From the IMG/VR virus record IMGVR_UViG_3300031566_000156: a stretch of DNA of 39,125 nt, one strand, 5' to 3'. A program made the translations under genes and the position numbers. The number at the start of each line of letters is the position of its first letter. Position 1 is the first letter of the stretch. This document shows, one piece after another, positions 32,399-39,125 of the stretch. Under the pieces are notes generated by a model that worked only from the letters and a program-made list of their open reading frames with translations, was not told the origin of the DNA and made no database searches. The stretch is from a virus.

Positions 32399-32494
32399 AG
32401 CGGTCATAGTTAATAAAGCCAATTAAGTTTTGTTCGTTGTAGGTTGCAGTGTGGGTGGCTTTACTAACCATACCGCCAGCCGTTAGCGGTAATG

Positions 32495-32731
32495 CTAATC
32501 AGCCTTAAATGAGTTTAATATTTCAATTATCTGTAATCGCTTCTTAAACATCTCACCACTATTAATATTTGGTGTTACTGGGCAAAAATAGCTAATCAAT
32601 AGCGGTATAAATTCATTTAGCAAAGCACTATCGTTCAAATTAAATAAACCCAATAACTCACCTGCTACGGCTTCATTATTGTATCCATATTTTTTACCGT
32701 CTTTTAGTATTTTAATGATTTGTTCTTTCAT
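32495..32731 (-). CDS. Hypothetical protein (78 aa)
   Basis: ORF track. Confidence 0.6.
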   Translation of the reverse strand: MKEQIIKILKDGKKYGYNNEAVAGELLGLFNLNDSALLNEFIPLLISYFCPVTPNINSGEMFKKRLQIIEILNSFKAD

Positions 32732-32777
32732 TTCCTTTTAATTTAAACATTAATTGTTTGTGTTGTTTTATTACTTG

Positions 32778-34142
32778 CTAAAAATTCGGCTCAATACCTT
32801 CTGTATAATCAAAGGGCATGGAACTACTTAAACTATTTAATTCTTCAAATGGAAGCTCTCCTATATATGACCATTCAGTATTTTTGTAAAAAGATGTTGA
32901 ACCCAAAGCACCATTCCTATTTTTTGCTATTATCACATCAATTAAATTAATAACGCTTTGACCTTCATAATCTTCGTGTATCCCATAATACTCAGGCCTA
33001 TGAAGAAACATAACTACGTCCGCATCTTGTTCGATATTCCCAGAATCCCTTAAATCTGACAGTATTGGTCTTTTGTCTCCACTTCTTTGCTCAACAGCTC
33101 TACTCAATTGCGCCAACGCTATAACTGGACAATCACATTTTTTTGCCAATCCTTTTAAGTTTTTAGAAATATGACCTACTTTGTCATTCGTTGAATTGCC
33201 ACCACCTGAGTGATTAATCAATTGTAAATAATCAACAATAATTAAACCGATTTTACCTTTCGACAATTCTTTTAAACTTGATGCTCTAATTTGCTCAACC
33301 GTTAAACCTGAATCATCATTAATAATAATTGGTATTTTTGCAAAGTTACCAGATTTATTTAACAATGAATCCCATTGATACGATTCTAAATTACCAGCCT
33401 GTAAATTATTACTATTAATATTCGTTTCTAAAGATATAGCTCTATCGACTAACCTTTCTTTTTGCATTTCAAGACTAAAATACAACACTTTCTCACCTTC
33501 TAAAGCGGCATTTTTCGCAAACAATAAACTTATAGCAGTCTTACCCATTGACGGCCTAGCAGCTAATATAATCAAGTCCCCAGATTGCCAGCCATTAGTA
33601 ATTTTATTTAGTTTTGAATGGCCTGTGTTCTTCCCTAATAATTTGCCTGGTTCAACAGACTCATAAGTTTCTAGTCGTTTTTTTACTACTTCATAAATGT
33701 GTGTAGTATCACCACTTGCAATATTAAATAAATCTTCAAGTGTGGTTGTAACTTTAATGTTTGTTTCTTGAATGTCGTTTGACCGGTCAGATAGTTTTAC
33801 AATCTCTTCATTAAATAAAGTGATTAAATGTGTCCGGATGTAATTCTCTTTTAAAATTCTGATATGCTCATCATAATTATAACCGCTTGCAACTTCACTT
33901 GTTAAGCTTGCGATATAATAAGCTCCGCCAATTTCTTCTAATTCTGTTTTACTAAAAGCGTTTACAACAGTTAATAAATCTATCTTGTGCCCTTTGGTGT
34001 ATAAGTTTTTAATACAATTGTAAACTAGCTTGTTAACATGTGTAGTAAACAAATTACTATCCATTTCAGATATAACTTGTTCCTGATATTCTGGAATAGC
34101 TAAAATAGTTCCTAGTAATATTTTTTCGGTTTTATCTATCAT
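32778..34142 (-). CDS. dnaB: Replicative DNA helicase, DnaB family (454 aa)
   Basis: Walker A ARPSMGKTA, Walker B LIIVDYLQLI, ALAQLSRAVEQR and SDLRDSGNIEQDADVV, plus an N-terminal DnaB-type domain. Confidence 0.95.
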   Translation of the reverse strand: MIDKTEKILLGTILAIPEYQEQVISEMDSNLFTTHVNKLVYNCIKNLYTKGHKIDLLTVVNAFSKTELEEIGGAYYIASLTSEVASGYNYDEHIRILKENYIRTHLITLFNEEIVKLSDRSNDIQETNIKVTTTLEDLFNIASGDTTHIYEVVKKRLETYESVEPGKLLGKNTGHSKLNKITNGWQSGDLIILAARPSMGKTAISLLFAKNAALEGEKVLYFSLEMQKERLVDRAISLETNINSNNLQAGNLESYQWDSLLNKSGNFAKIPIIINDDSGLTVEQIRASSLKELSKGKIGLIIVDYLQLINHSGGGNSTNDKVGHISKNLKGLAKKCDCPVIALAQLSRAVEQRSGDKRPILSDLRDSGNIEQDADVVMFLHRPEYYGIHEDYEGQSVINLIDVIIAKNRNGALGSTSFYKNTEWSYIGELPFEELNSLSSSMPFDYTEGIEPNF

Positions 34143-34801
34143 AATATTTGTCCAGGTGGCGGTGTATAAACTAACTTTTCTTCATGATTGCCATTTGTTT
34201 TTGCAATCCAATCATTTTTAAATCCACTCCAGTTATTCTCAGTGGCTTTTTTTATACATTCATTGGCCGTTAATTTTGAAAGTTCTATTTGTTTTTTTAT
34301 TTGATTGTATGCTGTTTCTGTATTAGTTGCTTTTTTTGTTTTTCTGACTTTTAACCAATCTTCAATAATTTGTTTTTCTACTCCTAGATTTAAAAATTCT
34401 TTCCTGAAATTAAAAACAATATTTTTATTATCTTCTTTTTCTTTTTCATTATCCTTTACATTATCATTATCATTATCATTATCGGCTTTTTTGGGTTTGC
34501 TTGGGTTTTTTGGGTTACCAGATAACCCAGTGGGTTTTTTTGTTTCATCTGGGTTTTTAGGTCTACCACCCTTAGCTCCATTGAGTTTATTACGTTCGAC
34601 TATCTTTTCGTATTTTACATTATCAAGTCTAAATTGGTTCTTGAAAAACATAAAAGGCATGTAAATACGGCTTGTATTTGTTGGTTCAATACCTTCTATT
34701 TGGTACATGAAAATAGCATCAAATAATAATCCTTTATCTTCAACAGACAATTCCTTAATAGGATCATAAAATGACTTGTAAAGTAAAAATGATTCTTTCA
34801 T
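34139..34801 (-). CDS. Replisome organizer / replication initiation protein, DnaD-like C-terminus (220 aa)
   Basis: Overlaps the dnaB start by 4 nt. The N-terminal FLLYKSFYDPIKELSVEDKGLLFDAIFMY and C-terminal ECIKKATENNWSGFKNDWI resemble phage DnaD-like organizers, with a low-complexity D/N/K/P linker between them. Confidence 0.55.
   Translation of the reverse strand: MKESFLLYKSFYDPIKELSVEDKGLLFDAIFMYQIEGIEPTNTSRIYMPFMFFKNQFRLDNVKYEKIVERNKLNGAKGGRPKNPDETKKPTGLSGNPKNPSKPKKADNDNDNDNVKDNEKEKEDNKNIVFNFRKEFLNLGVEKQIIEDWLKVRKTKKATNTETAYNQIKKQIELSKLTANECIKKATENNWSGFKNDWIAKTNGNHEEKLVYTPPPGQIL
34460..34483. repeat. (ATTATC)x4 microsatellite inside the organizer gene, followed by five GGGTTTTT-type repeats (34490-34556)
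   Basis: Read directly from the sequence. It encodes the (DN)4 and KNP/KPK linker. The palindrome GGGTTA-N5-TAACCC lies at 34512-34528. Confidence 0.85.
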
Positions 34802-34895
34802 ATGACTATTTTTGTTTAATGACTATTTTAATAGAAGTAGTGGTGCAGGATAGTCTAACCTTTTGCATCGACACCGCTAAGTGTGAACACCACAA

Positions 34896-34903
34896 CAAAG
34901 ATA
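34896..34903 (-). promoter_or_regulatory. -7 box TATCTTTG upstream of the replication genes, followed by a structured ~95-nt leader
   Basis: Exact TAnnTTTG match. The leader contains a GTGGTG/CACCAC stem (34840-34845 / 34888-34893) and the direct repeat AATAGTCAT x2. Confidence 0.5.
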
Positions 34904-34909
34904 GTGAAT

Positions 34910-35464
34910 TTATATCAATTCAATGAATTTATTTTTAGAAATAATATAAAAAAGTTTACTATTATGTGGTAGGTACTCATCTATTGAATGATCTAAAGCT
35001 TCGTTAATTTTTCTTAAAAACACTTTATCCCTGCCATTTAGTTGGTTCTCGATTAAATTGTAATTTATTCTTAATACTTGAAATTTATCATTATTGTATG
35101 AGCTAACTATTTCAGCATCTATTTTAATAAATTCAGTATATCTTGTATTAACATGTGTTACCTCCCCGTCATTGCATTTATTTCTAAATTTACATGAATC
35201 ACAAGGGGCTTCCTCGTGGTATTCGTTCATTAAACATTCATGTTTATATTCTTGAGAATATCTACCAACACCAATAGTAACTTTAACATTATCAAACTCC
35301 TTAAACTTAGACGTTTTAAAAGGGCATTTTAAGGAAAATTGCTTCAAGTCATCAGTATAACTAATGCCTTTGTGATTTTCCTTAACAAAATTTATAAAAG
35401 TTTTTCTGATTTGACAACCTTTCCTGTTGCCGCAATTACCGCAATTTATTGAAATCTTTGCCAT
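34910..35464 (-). CDS. Cys-rich (zinc-binding-like) hypothetical protein (184 aa)
   Basis: CGNCGN..C, C..C and CDSCKFRNKC clusters. Confidence 0.6.
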   Translation of the reverse strand: MAKISINCGNCGNRKGCQIRKTFINFVKENHKGISYTDDLKQFSLKCPFKTSKFKEFDNVKVTIGVGRYSQEYKHECLMNEYHEEAPCDSCKFRNKCNDGEVTHVNTRYTEFIKIDAEIVSSYNNDKFQVLRINYNLIENQLNGRDKVFLRKINEALDHSIDEYLPHNSKLFYIISKNKFIELI

Positions 35465-35491
35465 AGTTTTATTTATTAATGTTTTTCATTT

Positions 35492-35680
35492 TCAATTAAG
35501 CTCATCAACCTCAAAGCAATAACAGAATAAATCTTCCAATGCTTCTTTTATTTTGGCTAACTCTTCATCTGTAAAACATGGTTTAACATGATTTCGTAAT
35601 CTGTTGTTAAACATATCTGTAGACATTCCGATTGACCTAGCTAATTCACTTTTATTTATTAATTTGTGATTAAATTTCAT
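35492..35680 (-). CDS. Small HTH-like DNA-binding protein (62 aa)
   Basis: KSELARSIGMSTDMFNNRLRN resembles a helix-turn-helix motif. Confidence 0.5.
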   Translation of the reverse strand: MKFNHKLINKSELARSIGMSTDMFNNRLRNHVKPCFTDEELAKIKEALEDLFCYCFEVDELN

Positions 35681-35709
35681 ACTTTTTCAAATTTACAATG
35701 TTATTTAAT

Positions 35710-36360
35710 TTAAAATAATCTTAATTGTCTTTTATGTAAATCAAAGGCGTTTAATCCATTATTAAAGTATTCCGTGTCGATTTCTATTATATCAAGTTCA
35801 AAGTCTTCTAAATCGGCTGCAATAGCGTGTGTATGGCTTCCTCCGTGGGTGTCTAATATCTTAAATCCTTCCTTTGCAAACTCTTTTAATATCCATCGAT
35901 AAAGTATTATTGGTTTTTCTGTCGGGTGTGTTCTTTTCTTCCCTTTAAGTCCAATAAATCCGCAATATGGTATTTTAACCTTTTTAGCGGCAATATTAAA
36001 AGAAGTCCAAGCAAGCTCAAAATCGCTAAATGATACACCTTCAGGCACGTCTTTATCCCAACATATCCAGCACATGCTTGGAGGCAAATGCTCTGTCATG
36101 TAATTACCACCAAAAACTATCTGGTTTTTAGAAACCCTAAACAATTCTGCATAATATTCTGGAGGCGGTATCTTTTTATCCCAATCTTTCTTCTCATACC
36201 TTGCTTTTTCTCCTTTCTTTTTGCCCATGTTCATATTTACGCTTATCCCATAAGGTGGATCAACTATTGACAAATCGTAGTAATTATCAGGCTTAGTTTT
36301 CATAAACTTATTACAATCTCCATGCACGAAATTTATTTTGTCTCTATTTATTATTTCCAT
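35710..36360 (-). CDS. DNA methyltransferase, N6-adenine/N4-cytosine (beta-class) (216 aa)
   Basis: Motif IV IVDPPYGI precedes THPTEKP and the AdoMet motif ILDTHGGSHT. No partner endonuclease is present (orphan). Confidence 0.85.
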   Translation of the reverse strand: MEIINRDKINFVHGDCNKFMKTKPDNYYDLSIVDPPYGISVNMNMGKKKGEKARYEKKDWDKKIPPPEYYAELFRVSKNQIVFGGNYMTEHLPPSMCWICWDKDVPEGVSFSDFELAWTSFNIAAKKVKIPYCGFIGLKGKKRTHPTEKPIILYRWILKEFAKEGFKILDTHGGSHTHAIAADLEDFELDIIEIDTEYFNNGLNAFDLHKRQLRLF

Positions 36361-36393
36361 TGTATTTCTAAATTAAATTCATATCCTTAGTTA

Positions 36394-36669
36394 TCACTTG
36401 CATCTTTCTTCTTGAATTTTAATATTTTTAATTAACTCTTTTTCAATATCTACATTATTATGAATCAATAAATTCATAGTTACGCATATCAGATCAATTG
36501 CCTCTTGTTTATAATTATTCTGTTTACCTTTAATTAATTTAAGTAGCTCAGTCGAAAGTTCCCCTTTTTCTTCATTAATCTTATTTGAGAACTCATAAAG
36601 TTCTGTGTTAGGTGTTATCAAGCCACGTTTAACTATGGCCTGATAATGTTGTTTGAATAGTTTTTTCAT
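36394..36669 (-). CDS. MazG-like nucleotide pyrophosphohydrolase (91 aa)
   Basis: The spacing of EEKGELSTELLK ... EAIDLICVTMNLL resembles the EExxE ... ExxD pattern of small phage MazG proteins. Confidence 0.55.
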   Translation of the reverse strand: MKKLFKQHYQAIVKRGLITPNTELYEFSNKINEEKGELSTELLKLIKGKQNNYKQEAIDLICVTMNLLIHNNVDIEKELIKNIKIQEERCK

Positions 36670-37193
36670 ATAGGATAATGTATTTGTTCGTAATTGTAAA
36701 CTTTGTCAGATAAGGCCTTTATTTCATCTCCATAATCATTCCCATAATTTATCTCCATATCACAGAGATAGGCTAATCTTTTTAAGGACTTTTTGTACTC
36801 AACAAATTTTAAAATATTTATAAAAATTGATTCTACCTGAAATCTTGTTTGTTTGTCATTATCAATTAATTCTTTTATTCGTCTCCATCCGTAATAAACT
36901 GTTGAACGGTCATACTTTCTATCTCCTTTGCTAATAAATTCACCGATTTTTTTCTGGCTTAATTTGGTTAATTCGAGACAAAAATAAGATATGTACTTTC
37001 GAGCTAAAACAATTTCTTTCCTTCTTGACATTGATTTTAGCAAATCGATATGTATGTTTAATGCTGCCAGGACAAAATTTTCAATTTCATCATATTTTAA
37101 AATTGGGATATATCTATCTAAATTCATAGTTTTTTTTATTTTAAAAAATATACGTTGATATGGTGTTGTGTGTATATAAGTGTTGTAGTGCAT
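36666..37193 (-). CDS. DnaA-domain-IV-like (Bac_DnaA_C-type HTH) DNA-binding protein (175 aa)
   Basis: RRKEIVLARKYISYFCLELTKLSQKKIGEFI...DRSTVYYGWRRIKELIDND parallels the DnaA C-terminal pattern R..I..ARQIAMYL...T..S...IG..FG.RDHSTV.HA..KI. An alternative start is the ATG at 37127. Confidence 0.6.
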   Translation of the reverse strand: MHYNTYIHTTPYQRIFFKIKKTMNLDRYIPILKYDEIENFVLAALNIHIDLLKSMSRRKEIVLARKYISYFCLELTKLSQKKIGEFISKGDRKYDRSTVYYGWRRIKELIDNDKQTRFQVESIFINILKFVEYKKSLKRLAYLCDMEINYGNDYGDEIKALSDKVYNYEQIHYPI

Positions 37194-37493
37194 TTAGAAT
37201 CCAATCATCGTTGAATCTACTGGTGGGTAGTACCACATCCATTTAGTTTCGTTCTCTGGCTCGTCATAGTCAACTAAGGTGTCAGTGTGGAAACGCCACT
37301 GCATACTTTCAAAGCAAAAATAAGCCACCCCTTGCACGTTATTTTCGTCAATTATGCAAACATCTTCACTAAATGTAATATCGTCTTTACTTTGTTTAGG
37401 CTTATTTTTTTCGGGGTCAAATAAACGCACTACAACATTATGTAAAGTGCATGGCTGTTCGGTTTTTGAATTTTTTGTACTCATATCAATCAT
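37194..37493 (-). CDS. Hypothetical protein (99 aa)
   Basis: ORF track. Confidence 0.6.
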   Translation of the reverse strand: MIDMSTKNSKTEQPCTLHNVVVRLFDPEKNKPKQSKDDITFSEDVCIIDENNVQGVAYFCFESMQWRFHTDTLVDYDEPENETKWMWYYPPVDSTMIGF

Positions 37494-37552
37494 TATTTAA
37501 GTTTTAAAACTATGTAGCTTTTATTAGGCAGCCACGACACCATACATTTAAC

Positions 37553-37935
37553 GTTAGCCGTAATTAAAAGAAACATTCCACCAATGAATCAACGGCAGGT
37601 TTTAATACTTTAAAATATTCAGCTTTTTCGGGTCTTATATCGCCTTCTTCAATTCCATACCAAAACAATATTGGCAAAGGTATTTCTAAGTAATTTGCAA
37701 TTTTTTGTAATACTTCGGTGCTTGGTTGTTTTTGGTCATTCTCAATTTGGCTCAAATAGGTTTGAGTAATGCCAATATTTTGAGCAAATAATTCTTGAAT
37801 TTGTCGAGCTTTATTTACTCTAAGTCTTTTAATTGATTGTCCTAATTTCATATAATTATCGTTTTAAATTTAACCAAAGGTAATATATATTTCTAATAAT
37901 ACAAATTTAATTGATAGATATTAACTACGGCTAAC
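37553..37935 (-). repeat. Inverted-repeat-bracketed gene cassette (GTTAGCCGTA 37553-37562 / TACGGCTAAC 37926-37935)
   Basis: Perfect 10-bp inverted repeat. The 3' arm lies 1 nt after the stop, and the 5' arm lies 75 nt before the ATG at 37851. Confidence 0.7.
37564..37851 (-). CDS. XRE/Cro-CI-type HTH transcriptional regulator (95 aa)
   Basis: QELFAQNIGITQTYLSQIENDQKQPSTEVLQKIANYL is a canonical HTH_3 pattern. Confidence 0.85.
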   Translation of the reverse strand: MKLGQSIKRLRVNKARQIQELFAQNIGITQTYLSQIENDQKQPSTEVLQKIANYLEIPLPILFWYGIEEGDIRPEKAEYFKVLKPAVDSLVECFF

Positions 37936-37939
37936 AATG

Positions 37940-38044
37940 TATAAAAATAATAGCCGTTTCGGTGGTAATTTTAAAGTATCGTGCAACGTTGTAAAGTCCA
38001 GTAGGTTGATAGTTTTTCGCTCGCAATCGGCTACTATTCTTATA
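37940..38044 (-). promoter_or_regulatory. Long-stem RNA hairpin element R5 (paralog of R1/R2)
   Basis: Arms UAUAAGAAUAGUAGCCG / CGGCUAUUAUUUUUAUA form 17 bp, with G-U pairs at the same two positions as in R1. Confidence 0.55.
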
Positions 38045-38085
38045 CCAACGGTAGGCACAATAAAAATTACTTGCCTTTCAGTATC

Positions 38086-38493
38086 TCATTTTGCTCTACC
38101 ACATTCCAAAATAGAAGTCATCAAATCAAACTTCCATGTACTTTTCATGAAATGATTAATATTATCATACTTTTTATGAACTCTTTTCATATTATCAACA
38201 CCTGTCCGTTTTACCATATAATAATATTCTGCACTTTTTAAATAAACAGGTTCTAATTTATCTAAAATTTTAAAAAGTATTTCCTTGTACTCATTGTCGA
38301 TAATATACCCATTTTCATTGCATCTAATGAATATTTTTGTTATCTCGTATAAATTGCCTTGCTGCACGTCTCTAAATTCGTCAGTGGTCATGTAATTGCG
38401 CTTTATCTTATCACAAAAATTTGCTTTATGGTCAAATTGTTCATGTTGCTCTGTTTCTCTTTTATCGAGAAAAAATTTATTTGATGCTCCCAT
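38086..38493 (-). CDS. Hypothetical protein (135 aa)
   Basis: ORF track; 2-nt gap to the upstream gene. Confidence 0.65.
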   Translation of the reverse strand: MGASNKFFLDKRETEQHEQFDHKANFCDKIKRNYMTTDEFRDVQQGNLYEITKIFIRCNENGYIIDNEYKEILFKILDKLEPVYLKSAEYYYMVKRTGVDNMKRVHKKYDNINHFMKSTWKFDLMTSILECGRAK

Positions 38494-38495
38494 AG

Positions 38496-38993
38496 TTATT
38501 TTTTTGCGTATGTGAATACTCTATCTCTCGTTTTTAAATTTATAATAGCTAATCCAGTTATTATTCCTTTTTCAACCTTTATTGCTTCTACTTCAAATTT
38601 GTCAAAAGTCGAATATTTATCACCTCGTTTTTCAATCTTCATCTTATCTTTATTGATGTAGATAAATGGAGCTGTATAAAGTTCCCGACCTATCCCCCAA
38701 TTAAAACAAGCACGTTTAAACGAATCGCTTGCGAGTCCTTTTGCCTTTTCTGTGAAGCTTTCAGCTCCAGTATCTTCTTTTTGTACCCATTCCTTTTTTT
38801 CAGTACAGTAAATCGAAACTATACAATTTGCATTGTCTTTTAAATGATGTCTTTGCCAGTGCATATTGCCTACTGTTTCATCAAGTATGTTCATATCACA
38901 TCTTGCATTCTTATAAAGCAAAAATGATGCACCTTTTTCGGTTATAGATGCAACTCTTATTTCAATTTCATCTGGTTTTAAATCTCTAAACAT
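38496..38993 (-). CDS. Rad52/Sak-like single-strand annealing protein (165 aa)
   Basis: ARCDMNILDETVGNMHWQ and KGLASDSFKRACFNWGIGRELY match the conserved Rad52-family pattern (..drLd..fG...Wq ; ..sDAlKRA...fGiGr.LY). Confidence 0.7.
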   Translation of the reverse strand: MFRDLKPDEIEIRVASITEKGASFLLYKNARCDMNILDETVGNMHWQRHHLKDNANCIVSIYCTEKKEWVQKEDTGAESFTEKAKGLASDSFKRACFNWGIGRELYTAPFIYINKDKMKIEKRGDKYSTFDKFEVEAIKVEKGIITGLAIINLKTRDRVFTYAKK

Positions 38994-38998
38994 AGTTG

Positions 38999-39125
38999 TA
39001 TTTTTATTGGTTATTTATTTCATCTATTAAGAGGGCTAATTGCTCTCTAATGTCTTGTAATTTTATTCCCGGTTCACCTGATAATTTAAATAATTCAGCT
39101 AATAAGTCGGTAACTATATCAGCAT
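38999..39125. repeat. Terminal direct repeat, copy 2 (identical to 1-127); carries a truncated second copy of the 6-182 ORF
   Basis: Exact match to 1-127; the window ends inside the repeat. Confidence 0.95.

Noticed and set aside
27944-32490. Interpreting the bracketed genes as a bona fide integron cassette array.
   Set aside because: No IntI-type tyrosine recombinase, attI or Pc promoter is present. The arms do not fit GTTRRRY strictly, and the complementary arms flank the gene rather than forming a compact attC. The resemblance is kept as an analogy only.
325-38155. All plus-strand ORFs in the track (for example 325-513, 671-868, 6970-7434, 17477-17851, 27492-27884, 34305-34664, 37937-38155).
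   Set aside because: Each lies antisense inside a longer, better-supported minus-strand gene or inside regulatory spacers. Their translations are low-complexity (F/L/S/I-rich), as expected for the reverse strand of AT-rich genes. None has a recognisable start context or motif.
1-39125. Temperate-phage hallmarks (integrase, excisionase, attP), a diversity-generating retroelement, toxin-antitoxin pairs, and stop-codon reassignment.
   Set aside because: I saw no tyrosine/serine recombinase or reverse-transcriptase motifs in any frame. The long ORFs are uninterrupted under the standard code, and no template/variable repeat pair was noticed near the fibre genes.

Overview
Complete, circularly closed genome of an AT-rich tailed dsDNA phage. 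The window holds 38,998 unique bp plus an exact 127-nt end overlap (1-127 = 38999-39125). Every credible gene is on the minus strand, and the plus-strand ORFs in the track look like antisense shadows.

Gene layout, read along the minus strand:
- Early/accessory region (about 4900 -> 1 -> wrap -> 27434): about 45 mostly small genes. These include a Rad52-like annealing protein, XRE-type HTH regulators, a DnaA-domain-IV-like protein, a MazG-like NTP-PPase, a DPPY DNA methyltransferase, a DnaD-like replisome organizer plus DnaB helicase, NinG and NinB.
- A 951-bp ORF-free repeat array (26483-27433).
- Three late units (26482 -> 4997) that start at Bacteroidota-type -33 TTG / -7 TAnnTTTG promoters. 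Unit 1 is packaging (TerS-like, TerL). Unit 2 is a tail/ejection block ending in a 746-aa tape-measure-like protein. Unit 3 is a head block (ClpP-like protease-scaffold, major capsid, putative portal) followed by fibre and LRR receptor-binding candidates and lysis-type membrane proteins.
- The late region closes with tandem intrinsic terminators (4905-4963).

I saw no integrase, reverse transcriptase, tRNA, rRNA or CRISPR array.

The most unusual content is non-coding:
1. An iteron-like A/T-tract array bracketed by direct repeats at the early/late junction.
2. Six small early genes individually bracketed by 10-12-bp inverted repeats (GTTA-N6 ... N6-TAAC) whose variable parts covary.
3. Three paralogous ~105-nt long-stem hairpins with compensatory changes and conserved G-U pairs on the sense strand.
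4. A 21-nt boundary motif present in 6 copies.
5. Five ATGAY-N4-RTCAT operator-like palindromes at early promoters.

All calls were made by eye and by hand translation. No searches or computations were run.
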